A stretch of DNA of 47,509 bases from assembly GCA_003344405.1 (NCBI GenBank), contig NOWV01000119.1:186001-233509 (forward strand). Reading direction: 5' to 3'. The translations under genes and the position numbers were made by a program. This stretch comes from Trichoplax sp. H2 (taxonomy: Eukaryota). Every line of letters begins with the position of its first letter. Within the stretch, counting starts at the first letter, position 1. The notes beneath the pieces are model-generated. The model saw only the letters and a program-made list of their open reading frames with translations, ran no database searches and was not told the DNA's origin. Shown one piece after another: positions 1-12,613 of the stretch.

Positions 1-528
1 CCGACGTTAGGGCGTCATTTGACTTTGCTTCACTCGTGCCAACGAAGGAATTAGTATTCAATCGCAGACTGTGGTCCCACCGAGTCCGTGGATGGTCTTA
101 ACGCTGGGCGGATTATCCAAAACAAATTAGCTGAACTTATCCGGAAGAAGTGTTTGGAAGATTGATTTGGATTGCAAGTTAAATGGTCGTTGTTATTAGC
201 TAGAAAAGGCGGAAATTGACTTTTTCGGTAGTCAAGAAATCCAAGAAGAATCACACCCAAAAAAAATCACTCTATCCACTTGAGATTGCAGTTGAATTCA
301 TCCAGTGGGTAAAGGAACGGAAGTAACGAATGTCCATTGCCTTCAAGATTAACCCAATACCATTCAAGACATCCTGAACAACTGTGATTTGGATTGGAAA
401 GAAGACAAAGCAATTATCCAGATAGCAAAGGGAAAGGAACTAGATACTGTAGAGGTGGAGGAGGAGGAAGAAATTACACCTACAGCACACACCATTCTAC
501 ATCATCAATTGTTGTATTGTACGATAGG

Positions 529-1662
529 ATGAGTAACAAGGCAGTCAACAATTCCCCTACAGATAATCCCAAGAATAAATCATCATCATCATCATCATCT
601 TGTACACTTAAAGCCAAGAATGATAAAAGTGACATTAATTATGCAAATTTAAAACTAACCACCAACGGAACCAAGCTAAAAAATCCTGGCCACAATTATC
701 GAACTTTGAATCGATTAATTGAAAAAAACGGTGCTATCAATGTCAAGCGACAAGTACCCAATCGCTGGTCTTGGTATGGCCGCGATTTATTCACTACTAT
801 TATGAATGCTCCTATAAGAACCAATGTTATCGTATTTTTTGTTGCTTATGTTATCAGTTGGTGGATCTTTGGCTTTTTATGGTGGATTATGGGCTATTTA
901 CGTGGCGATTTTTTACCTCAACATCAACTCTGGCATCACATAGGAAATTATACACCGTGTGTACAAAATTGCGATGGATTTTGGGAATCATTATTATTTT
1001 CAATTGAAACGCAAACAACAATTGGTTATGGTGTACGAGCTGTCACACAAAAATGTCCGGAAGGGATATTTCTACTACAATTGCAGACCATTCTTGGATA
1101 CTTGATTGATTCTTTCGCACTTGGCATTTTTTTCGCCAAGTTATCTCAAGCGAAATATCGAACGAAAACATTGACCGCTAGTAAACGAGCTGTTGTTTCT
1201 TTGCGTAATGATGTCCTCAATTTAATGATTCGTATCGGCGATCTGCGAAGAAATCCGATCTGTGAAGTTCAGATTTATGGACTGTTATATAAAGATACTA
1301 TTACTAAAGAAGGTGAAATTCTCATGAATGAACCCTTTTTAATTGAATTTGAACCTAGCTACATTCATTTATTAACTCCGTTAGTCGTATGCCATCCTAT
1401 TGATGGGCAAAGTCCATTACATGACATGACCGCCGATGATTTATTTGCAAAAAATGCCGAACTGGTTGTCATTATTGAGGGCATTGTTGAAAGCACAGGA
1501 CAGACAACGCAATATCGAACTTCCTATAAACCTCATGAAATTATTTTTGGTTCTTATTTTCAAAATATTGCTTCAAGAGATCGTTATGGTCGATTAAATA
1601 TTGACTACTCTCGATTTGATCAAATTGAACGCCTTGATAGTGCTGGCCCGTATCAGTTATAA
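529..1662 (+). CDS. Inward-rectifier potassium channel (Kir/KCNJ family), single coding exon
   Basis: Pore motif FSIETQTTIGYG, two TM helices, RDLFTT, and cytoplasmic VIIEGIVE and RTSY motifs. The first in-frame ATG is at 529; the ORF track starts at a TTG at 394. Confidence 0.95.
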   Translation: MSNKAVNNSPTDNPKNKSSSSSSSCTLKAKNDKSDINYANLKLTTNGTKLKNPGHNYRTLNRLIEKNGAINVKRQVPNRWSWYGRDLFTTIMNAPIRTNVIVFFVAYVISWWIFGFLWWIMGYLRGDFLPQHQLWHHIGNYTPCVQNCDGFWESLLFSIETQTTIGYGVRAVTQKCPEGIFLLQLQTILGYLIDSFALGIFFAKLSQAKYRTKTLTASKRAVVSLRNDVLNLMIRIGDLRRNPICEVQIYGLLYKDTITKEGEILMNEPFLIEFEPSYIHLLTPLVVCHPIDGQSPLHDMTADDLFAKNAELVVIIEGIVESTGQTTQYRTSYKPHEIIFGSYFQNIASRDRYGRLNIDYSRFDQIERLDSAGPYQL

Positions 1663-3640
1663 AACAAAAATTCTCATCTCCCCGGTAAAATGTCAACAGC
1701 CAACGTATTACAACATCTGCTTGCTTGTTGTAATACTCCTTATTATGTAGATACATATAGTATATCATTAAATAATTCAATTTAAAGCAAGATAGAAGAG
1801 TGTACTAAGAACAAGCTTTACTCTCCTTGACCGTGATGACTTTTAAATATGCAGTTGTTTCAGCTCGTTCAATCCGATCATTGGCTGTAAATTATAGTTA
1901 TGCATATAGTAGATCGTTACAAGTTTAGGAAAGAAGATAAAGTCCATGTATCTTTCTATCTCGACATCATCTCTTGTGGAGCCTCTGATCTAATTACGTT
2001 AAATCTTGATCTGATTTTTGCATTAATTATATTTCTTGCATAATTTCATTCACATGTGCAGGCAATGTCAATGTTTACCCAGTATGAGTTCCGGTGATTC
2101 TTTCAGTGGGTACACTATTATGAAGCAAAAGAGATTATTTCAATGAAAGCTCTTGACTGTACGTTGATATTTTAATCCTTTATCATCATGTTATCGTTTG
2201 TTCAACGCTTTACGCCATTATATTATATTAAATTATTATTTTGCAAGAATACTCTGTACACTCTTAGCAAATGATTTGTAAATGTTATAAATGATAATTG
2301 AAAGGCAATCGCAACAGCTCAATTTATTAAGTTATTCTTGAAAAATGTTTTGTATCACTATGTTATTGTACTATCAGTTGACTTTTTTGCATTGCCAGCA
2401 ATTACCGGTTTTTCATGTAAAATTTCTCATTTGTAGCTATCATGCAGCTGATTCATATTGGTATTTTTGACTATTTGTTCCACTTTGGCTATGTTAAATC
2501 ATTTTCATAAAGAAGAATTTAATTTATACGGAGCAGACAATAATGCGTGTCTAACTATTTTGCAATTAACGTAAACGATGATAGGATAAGTTTGCAATAT
2601 TTTTCTTTAACTGACGTTAGGATAGAAAATTCCTTTCTGTTATATCACATAATCATTATATATAGGTGAAAATGATCTCAGAAGTAATCATTTTACTTTG
2701 AAACACCTAGAATGAATTTGATTAACCTTGTAAGAGGTACACAAAGTTGACTTTAATATATTTTTTGGTAGCGATTGCTTTTACATTACAGGCACCGATT
2801 GATAATAATAATGTTGATTTATAAAATGCTATCATAATTTTTGTAATATTGTTTAATCCATCTTAGTCTATAATTTGCGAACTGAGATGTTATTTAGAAA
2901 TAAAATACTCTCTAAGATTGAATGTGCAACTTGTGCATGGGTATAATGGAGTACAGCTAGGGTTTATAAATGAATGTTGATACTGAATAATTACCGTTGT
3001 TATGATCGGCCCAAGTCATATCAGTAGTCTTTTTCCCTTACAAAAAACGTTCGACACTTTAGCAGCTTATCTGCCTATTAAAATCAAATTTATACTGTAA
3101 ATAACAATCTGATAATGCTGAACCCATTATTTAAACTTCATCCCTTGTGTTTAAGAATCAAGTTAGCAGGCTTTTATTTACGTTATTATAATAGATTAGA
3201 ATAGGCCAGATGTTAGAATTTTGTTCGAAAATTGTCATATCGCATATTGTACGGCTACTCGTATTGTTCTGTTTACTCCATCACCATAACAAATGATTAA
3301 TATCTTTTGATGCATTTATCATCTAATACATTTTAGCGAGGCAGAGTACAAAAAATACCAAGATATTTACCTAGCAGGCTAATGGCCTGATTAGTAATTT
3401 GTACGATTAATTCGAAAGCGCCAAGCGAAAACTTTCCCTATTCTTTTTTTCAATTGCTTAGAATCAATTTTAGAGTATTATTTTCCTAATTAAAATGTTG
3501 CTTAATCTTGAACTCTAAGTCTATTGCATAATTTATTATAGCACTAATCGTAGATCACTGCTCCTTTATATTTCATATTCTACTATAAACCAACGTACTC
3601 TTATTAGGCCATTCTTTGTGGTTATTTGGCATTTCTTTAA

Positions 3641-4201
3641 TATGAGTTATAATATCTTAGAAAATTTCTTATTGCGTCTCGTAATAGATTATTAAAAAAT
3701 CAATTTACTTCAGTATCCAAAGCAAATTCTTAACCATTCTTTTGAATGTTACATTTTGCACCATGCTATAAAAATCAGAACGCAAATTTTGCGTAGCAGG
3801 ATATCCCCCATCATTTTCACTGAATCCGAACAAAAAGGATAAATAAAACACCGGAAGTTTAATCTAGGAGGAAATTGATGATGTAATACACAACGGGCCG
3901 AGATGATAATTGTAGCTAAAATATGAGTCTTAATATTGTAGTGTAATTTTTTATTGAATCTCGACATAGACTATAAAAAATAAATTTATTTCAGTATACA
4001 AGGAAAATTCTTGACCCTTCTTTTAAATCTTACATTTTGTACCATTCTATAAAAATCAGAACGCAAATTTTGCGTAGCAATATATTCCTCATCATTTTCA
4101 GTAAATCCAAATAAAAAGGGTAAGTAAAAAAACGCAAGTTTGATCTAGAAGGAAATTTACGGAGTAATACACAATGAGCTGAGATGATAATTGTAGCGAA
4201 A
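3641..4201. repeat. Diverged tandem duplication, 2 x ~280 bp
   Basis: 3641-3920 aligns with 3921-4201 (shared TATAAAAATCAGAACGCAAATTTTGCGTAGCA and GAGATGATAATTGTAGC). Confidence 0.85.
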
Positions 4202-5774
4202 ACAACAATAGGGCAAAGGGTGACTTCCTGGGTAAAGATTATACAATCCAAATTAATACCTACTGATTTATTCCAAATACTATGTCTATTTTTGGCTAAT
4301 AAAACATATGCTCTAATATTTTAAGGATATAATTGGTAGCTTTAAAGAATTGATTACGATACTTGAAGTTAAAATGCTGCTTGTAGACATTTGTTAACTA
4401 TCTCATGACTCTGTTTAACATGATATTGTTCGAATACACGCTTTGAGAAAATAAATTCTATGCTAGACTGCTTAAAATTGCATCATTTATGAGCGCAGCT
4501 TAATTAACACTACTCAGAATTTTATTAAAATTGACAGAAAACTACCTATCTCACTAATTAGACATGTTAAAAATATTCTTTATTGCGTTATTACTTGGAT
4601 TCTGCATTCCGTTCCAGGAATTACCATAACGAACTAGGAATTCCAGTAGGCATAGAATACACTTTAATCATGCTAAAAGGCCAAGATGCCTAAACTAGAG
4701 TTGTACCCATTGAATGATATTATGGCTACGTTAAATATAATATGACTAATCTTTGATGTATCCATTCTTTCCTCAATACCTTCCTTTAACCCCTTTAAAT
4801 AGAAAAAAAAACACAAAAGTGTTTCTTAATTTGTTACGGTTCATTAATTTTAGCTCTACAGCCTTGTCATCCAAATCCATTCACAATCATGATTGTACTG
4901 CTTTTCATAGCACTGAAAGGTGTAATACAGATAAAAGGAAATTAACCTTTATAATTAGTCCTATTGGGATAACTTACGTAGCTATAAATTGTTGTATAGC
5001 GTTGGATGGCATTGAAAGGTTTGTTGTATTTCAGAATACAAACGTAACCTTCAACGTTTTGAATTTTCTGTGAAAGATTAATTCAATACACAGCAATAAA
5101 AAATTCTGATGCCTGTATTACAAGATATCAGGAAATAGTCTCAATGTTCCTTTCTTGATATAATTAAATTATACAGAGCAAGACAGTTTCTTGAATGGTG
5201 ATAAGACTTCTTTTCATACATCAAATTTTATTGGTCAAATTTTAATTTATAGTCCTGTTGTAGTCGAAACTTTCGATGAACAGATAAACAATTTTATGTA
5301 TCTCTATTATTTGGCTTCGTCCATTGTTCCCTATTACCACCTTCAAGCTAATTACTTTCACAGTCTGTCTATGCTTGTGCTTTTGCACTCAATCAGTTAG
5401 ATTGACTTGCTAATTTATTATTCATCATTCAATTCATATAGTTCATTCTTGTATTTATTAACATTTTAATCATTCCTTTACTTTAGTATTTTAATCACTA
5501 AAGTATATTGCTTATTAATGTACAGGCAAGTAAAAAAAGACTGTATTAGGGTATAATACTGATTAATCTTATAAAATATGGCTATCTTCCCTTCCTGTAC
5601 GCCTAGGATGTTGTTCATTACGTAGTACTCAGTGATCATATACTGCATGTAGAATTGTTAAAATTTGTAAAATCCGGCTATTTAAGTAAATTATCTAGGG
5701 AAATAGCAAATCTAACTCTTATATAAGTATAATTAATTATTCGTAATATTATATTACAGTATACTATATTTAAC

Positions 5775-6152
5775 GATACTACTGTCAATCATCAAATCAT
5801 ATTAATGCAATAGTATGCGTGTCACGCTGTTAAAATATATACCGTTAAATTTCCATGAATTTACTAGCATTATAATGATGTGAAATATCTGTGAATACTT
5901 CATTTTACCTTTAACGTAATTCATAATTACATTCTGCTTAATATTGGGATATCGTGTTACTGATACTACTACCAGTCATCAAATATCGCATTAATGCAAT
6001 AGTACGCGTGTCACGTTGTTAAGGCATATGCCGTTCAATTTCCACCAATTTACTAGCCATTATAATGACGTGAAATATCGGAAAATATTCCATTCGACCT
6101 GTAACATCATGTACAATCACATTCTGTTTAGTACTATGATACCGTATTAACT
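5775..6152. repeat. Diverged tandem duplication, 2 x ~188 bp
   Basis: GATACTACT...ATTAATGCAATAGTAYGCGTGTCACG...ATTATAATGAYGTGAAATATC occurs at ~5775 and ~5962. Confidence 0.8.
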
Positions 6153-6470
6153 GTCAGTAAATTAATCATTGAGTAGCATAAGGAACTATGAAAGAAGACT
6201 GTCAAGCAAACATTAGGATTGCATGCTACGCATTCCTACGGCACAGCCCGACTAATAAACACTCTATACTTGTATCCCTTAACTCCCTTTCCTGTCTTCA
6301 ATTTACAAAGCAAGGCTATAACATGACATTACCCGTAGACTAAAGTCCTAACGTTATTTCATCAATCAAACATTGACAAGCATGAAAGAAATTGCATTTT
6401 AGTAACGGCTATATTTAGTAATCCATGGTTTCAGTCGTGATCGGTCCACGTATCCTTTCAATTTTGGACA

Positions 6471-7274
6471 TCACTCTTAAAGGTACATTCTCATTATGAA
6501 GTTGATCAAGGACTCATCGTGATACAACCCGACGGCATCAACGACTCGATTTCGTTACCTGATTAATTTACTCTACTTTTGAGATAGTGTATATATGTCA
6601 CATATACTTATACATATATCTCTATATATGTATACGTAACAGATGCACTATCTCACAAGTAGAGTAAATTAATCAATCGATCGATTAATTTACTGTGTAT
6701 ATATTATATACGTAACATATACACTATCTCACTAGTAGAGTAAATTAATCAGGCAATGAAATCGATCGAATAATTTACTGTGTATATGTATATACGTAAC
6801 ATATGCCTTATCTCACAAGTAGAGTAAATTAATCAGGTAATGAAATCGATCGATTAATTTACTGTATATATGTTATATATATATTACGGCCATTCCTAGG
6901 AATGATTTTGTCCGGGCAGTTAGCAAAATGACCGATTTCGCATACCGTCCCGTTTATATATGCACTATCTCACAAGTAGAGTAAATTAATCAGGTAATGA
7001 AATCGATCGATTAATTTACTGTGTGTATATATATATATACGTAACATATACACTATCTCACAAGTAGAGTAAATTAATCAGGTAATGAAATCGATTGATT
7101 AATTTACTGTGTATATATATACTGCATATACTTAACATATACACTATCTCACAATTAGAGTAAATTAATCAATCGATCGATTAATTTACTGTATATATAT
7201 ATATATACTTAACATATACTGCACCTTATCTCACAAGTAGAGTAAATTAATCAATCGATCGATTTATTTACTGT

Positions 7275-7308
<34 letters not shown>

Positions 7309-7778
7309 AACATATACATTATCTCACAAATAGAGTAAATTAATCAGGCAATGAAATCGATTGATTAATTTACTGTGTATGTATATATATACAGCATATA
7401 TGTAACAGATACACTATCTCACAAGTAGAGTAAATTAATCAATCGATCAATTAATTTACTGTATATATACTTAACATATACACTATCTCATAAGTAGAGT
7501 AAATTAATCAGGTAATGAAATCGATCGATCAATTTACTGTATATATGTTATATATACTTAACATATACACTATCTCACTAGTAGAGTAAATTAATCAGGT
7601 ATTGAAATCGATCGCCTAATTTACTGTATATATATATATACTTAACATATACACTATCTCACAAGTAGAGGAAATTAATCAGGCAATGAAATCGAGTCGT
7701 TGATGTTGTTGGTTGGCCATATCATGAGTCCCCGAGTCCTTGATCAACTTCATAATGAGAATGAACCTTTTATGAGTG
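6471..7778. mobile_element. Foldback-like element: ~130-bp imperfect terminal inverted repeats enclosing a tandem array
   Basis: 6471-6598 is the reverse complement of ~7645-7778 (CATTCTCATTATGAAGTTGATCAAGGACTC vs GAGTCCTTGATCAACTTCATAATGAGAATG; CATCAACGACTCGATTTC vs GAAATCGAGTCGTTGATG). No TSD or transposase identified. Confidence 0.6.
6646..7700 (+). repeat. Tandem array of 12 units (~70-95 bp), each with an internal inverted repeat and a variable (TA)n tract
   Basis: Unit CACTATCTCACAAGTAGAGTAAATTAATC(AGGTAATGA)AATCGATCGATTAATTTACTG(TA)n..TAACATATA, starting at about 6646, 6722, 6806, 6963, 7051, 7142, 7225, 7318, 7412, 7481, 7568 and 7652. Confidence 0.95.
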
Positions 7779-8485
7779 GCATCATTCCTCCTGGCAATGA
7801 TACTCGGGATATCATCCAACCTTCACTGTTTTCTATGCCAGCAAATGATGAAAAGTTCCACGGTAACATGGTGACCACTGACAGGGCAACAGCTGAATCG
7901 CAAAGGGTGACATGATGTGACATCACTTTCCATCTAGTCGATGACAATACGTCTGGTCGTGGACTGACGGACGAGGGTACGTTGGATACCATTGTCCATG
8001 CTACAGTAAGGATACAGTACGGAAATGAATATCATCATTTCGTGGCCAGCAACAGCTTTCGTGGTGCAATCTTTTAACCGTAGCTTGTGCGAGCTGTTCT
8101 TCAGGAAATACTTTTAATGTTATTTTAGCTGTTGTGCTGGCTAGTCAATCAAGAATCTTGTTGGATTGTTAGAGAAGATTGGAAAGTGTCTCTGTTGCAG
8201 AAATTTGCATATGAACTGTAGACTAGCATAGGCTGTATCGACGTCAAGTTTCTTAGCTGTCCTCGCTAAAAACAAATTGGCCATTTTATCACCAATGATT
8301 ATAATTGCAAGAACAAATTGTTTCATTAATTATTTATCGCTTGATACGATTCACTGAGCATTGGTTATTACCCAAGCGACAGCAAATTGGTTCTGGAAGA
8401 CTGAAAATTCTATCCAAACTGTGTTGACTTAACCGTTAAGGAGGCAATTTTTTCCCAATCTTGACTCAGGTTTGAAAGCATCAAC

Positions 8486-11377
8486 ATGATACGAGGTTAT
8501 GGGCCTATAGCTCAGGCATATTTTGGCACACTCTTCACATGGGGTTTAACCGCTGCTGGTGCGGCATTAGTGTTTGTCTTTTCATCTGGCAAGGTATGTT
8601 TAGAGAATACAGTAGAATTCCTGTTCATGAGTGATTGCTTTGAGATTGTTATTGTTTTTATGGACCATGTACAGTATTAGGATAACGATAAATCAAAGTG
8701 CAGTGTCTTGACTTCACCATGGGCTTCTACGAGTAGATATACCTCTAGAAGTTCATGACTTAATAGCCCGATCAATCTGATTTGATGAGGATGATTTCAT
8801 TTAGGCACAGTGATGCCTTTTTAGCACAAATGCTTTGTGTAATATAGAGAATGGAAACCATTTTGACTAATTGGAGGCTTTTTCTCTTCTGTTTTAGAGA
8901 AAAGTTCTAGATGGTAGCCTTGGATTTGCTGCCGGAGTAAGTTCAACAACGACTTGAGATGCAAATAACGATATAGACGTGTATGAACCATCCCAAATCT
9001 TTTCTTAATATTCCACACGTTCTAACTTGTAACTAGAATGATGCTTCAAAATTATATTTCTCTCATCTTTTATATCGATTCTACTTTCTTCAAATTGTAA
9101 TGATTAATGTAACATTTTAGCCTTATTTGAATAACAAGCTCGCAGGGAACAACCTGCATTGCAATATCGTATACTATGATGGCTGGTAGCTGTTTCTGTT
9201 AGTTATGCAACAGTTTCTATTGTCCACAATGGATACTGCAGTACCATGAAATTGTTTTTTCTTTGTATCAATCGTCAACCACGTACTATAAAGCAATATT
9301 GACTGTTTATTACTTGCCCAGCAATAACCGATAGACTATTTTACTGTTATAACAGGTCATGGTGGCAGCTTCCTTTTGGTCATTATTACAGCCAGCAATA
9401 GAATTAGCTACAAAGTCCGGCCACTACGGCCAAGATGGCCAGTTTTCTTTTATACCCGTTGGAATTGGTTTCGCATTCGGTGCTGCTTTTGTTGGTGTCA
9501 CTGATATGATGATGAGTAGAATGGTAGGGCAGCGATGTTTGAATATTTTGTTTTAAAACTTTAATGAAGCATATCAATTTGTTTTTATTGCCGTTATCAT
9601 ATCGTACTCTACAAATGTTGTCAAAATCGATCATAAGTTTTTTATTATTCTATAAAGAGTTACGTTATAGTAGTACAGGATAGTATCGTCATCACCTTTT
9701 AAATGTTCAAATTCATTTAGTCATTCTAACTATTTCGAAATCCTTCTAGAATATTTCTTCACCCCAAATCGCTTTAGCAAATGTGTACTGTAAAAGCATG
9801 AACGAAGACACCGAACGATTTGAATTAGGAGCAGAAGATGAAGAAGTCAATAATCATTATCATCACCAAAGCGATAATAGTAACCTTGTCTATCGTTCAC
9901 TCAATAATAAAGCAGTTGAGAATAATAAAACTCAACATTCTGAATACCAGAAAAATTCTGAGATGATTAATCTTCAATGGCGTCGTATCATTTTACTAGT
10001 CATCGCGATAACAGTCCACAACATTCCAGGTACACCAATTTTCTTCCATTTTGCAAAACTTCTACCGATATACTGTGTATTTTAAGTTGACCTTTCTTCA
10101 ACTATCAATTACAGATACACAAAACCTGTACAATTAAAATAAAATTGTAGATAAGATGAGTCATCTAGATTTCATGTGCTCTGATCATGAAACGTAAAAG
10201 TATGCATGTTGAAGAATGTATTTTACATTCAAATTGTAGAGGGTCTTGCTGTTGGAGTAGGATTTGGTGCAATTGGAAAAACGGAGCAAGCGACTTTTGA
10301 AAATGCTAGGTAAAACTATTGTTACAGAAAGATAGTTTGTGATTGCAATGAAACAATTAAGTAATAGATTTAGTAGCTGGATTATAAGAGCATAGTAATG
10401 ATGTTAACACGGTATGTTCGAATCTATTTATGTACTGTACACACCAAGTATTATACGTATGTATTTATTAGACGCCTTAATTAATAAACTGTACGATGAT
10501 ACAAAATGTTCTTAAATTCGCAACGAATAATTTACTGAAGATTGTTACATACGCTTGATGTCAGCAATGTATTTATCAAAGTTACTGACTATCAAATTGC
10601 TCCACGCAATGTTTGAGAGCGCTAGCACCTTGCTATAGTGCTTAGTACATAACAACCATCGAGCAACAATAGATGATTGGATAAATCTTGCAAAGTGATA
10701 ACTTTGAATTAGGATTGTATTCAATCTTTTAATTTAGAAACCTAGCAATTGGTATTGGCATTCAGAACTTTCCGGAAGGACTGGCTGTAAGCCTACCTCT
10801 TAAGGCCATGGGATTCTCAACATGGACAAGTTTCTGGTATGCGGTTTACTCATACGTTCATGACCTTTTGTAGCCTTTTACTTTCCTATTATTAATGTAT
10901 CAATTTAAAAATAAACGTAGAATTGAATTAATTACCTTACGTCATTATAAGAATATTTGACGATTCAAATTTGTACAGGTATGGACAACTGAGCGGAATG
11001 GTAGAACCAATAGCTGGAATATTAGGAGCTGCAGCCGTTATGGTAATTGAAGTTTAGCCTTAAAATTATCTATCGAGACTCATATATAGTATTTTAACGT
11101 TATCTTTCAGATAGCTGAACCAATTTTGCCTTATTCATTAGCCTTTGCTGCTGGTGCCATGATTTATGTAGTCATTGACGATATTATCCCGGAAGCGCAA
11201 ACTAGGTAAATCAATCAAATTCTGCACTCAGTACTCCAAATAATTTACAATAGCCGGTCAGGCTAATTGATTCTGTTATTTAATCTCAATATGTACAGTG
11301 GTAATGGTCGTTTATCATCCATTGGTTGTATCGTTGGATTTCTCGTTATGATGTCCCTTGATGTTGGATTGGGTTAA
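8486..11377 (+). CDS. SLC39A11: Zinc transporter ZIP11 (GufA subfamily), 9 coding exons
   Basis: Exons 8486-8593, 8898-8936, 9356-9523, 9750-10029, 10240-10309, 10738-10836, 10979-11042, 11111-11205 and 11299-11377 join in frame with GT-AG ends. Motifs [70 protein letters not shown]. Confidence 0.95.
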
Positions 11378-12613
11378 AGTTCTGACTTAGCTTATGGAAG
11401 CTTAGGATAGTACGCGCGAATTGTTAATGACATAGAGATTAAAATTTTAGTAGAGTATTATTCTATCATCTCATCATATTACTAACATACCTGAAAGTAT
11501 TTGAAAAAGCAACAATTTCATCTATCAGTATATCGAATTGTATAAATACAGTTAGAATATCCTTTTGAAACATTGTGGCGATATTCGTATAACGTGTATT
11601 TCAGACTGCTGTATCTAAACGAGCATATAACATTCAGCATCGCGTAAATTTATTTCAAGTTGTGTTTTTACTACGGGTATAACAACAAGTTTGTGGTATA
11701 TTTCTTATTATACTACTTATAAATATACCAGAACGTAGTGCAAAGTAAAATACGTATTAAAACTAGTCTGTAATAGAATATATAATGTGGTAAATCGTAC
11801 GTATAATTATATGTAATTATTGTAATAATATGCTATCTTACACGTATAATTTTTCTTGCATCATGTATTTGCAGTACGCGAAATCTTGACCTGGGGAATT
11901 CAGAATTCTCTCCATGCTCATTACTTGTGCTGTACATATATTACAAAAGGATAAGCTGTAGCTAACGCAGATACCATTATTGTTTTACCATTTCATTATC
12001 GGAATTAACGACGGACTGCTATTTCCGATTGTATTATATAATAGCTATTCCCGATGATTTACGTGCATTCGAAAATAAAAAGTGCAGCCATAGGGAAATC
12101 CATCATTTAGTTGCTCTGGGTATAAAGCATTACGACAGAAAGAATAACAAGTTCGGATATGTAATTATTTATACAGTAGCACCTCTTATTCGTATAAGAA
12201 ATTAGCCATTAAAGAGATACAAGGAGCTAAATATGAACTTTAGCCGCAACCTTTAGGCAAATTTCCAATAAATGTGAAATATTAAAAAAATGTTTTTTTA
12301 TTTAAATGTACTCCAAATGAGCATTTTTCAATCCATGGTAGAAAAAAATTGAATAGACTCTATAATCATTCTAGGTATTTCGACACCAACAAAGTTTATC
12401 TATCCAATGCAAAATGGGCAGATGTTTGTACTACCGACCAAAGAAGAAACATCCTTTCCCAAATCATTCAAAAATTCTTTTACTGCATGGAAAATCTTTA
12501 ATAAGCAAAGATCGTACGTGCAACATTTGTATAGGATCGTTGGAGCAAGTATCATAATTACTTTTTTGTGAGAACTATAACTTTTTATTACGGGAACGAT
12601 TAAATAAGTAACG

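Noticed and set aside
394-528. 45-aa N-terminal extension of the Kir ORF
   Set aside because: It starts at TTG, which is not a usual eukaryotic start; ATG 529 is preferred.
3749-4251. Two paralogous 72-73 aa minus-strand ORFs
   Set aside because: By-products of a non-coding tandem duplication; no recognisable domain and the starts differ.
6646-7700. CRISPR-like array (palindromic repeats with variable intervals)
   Set aside because: The intervals are (TA)n length variants, not unique spacers (one exception); there are no cas genes and the context is eukaryotic.
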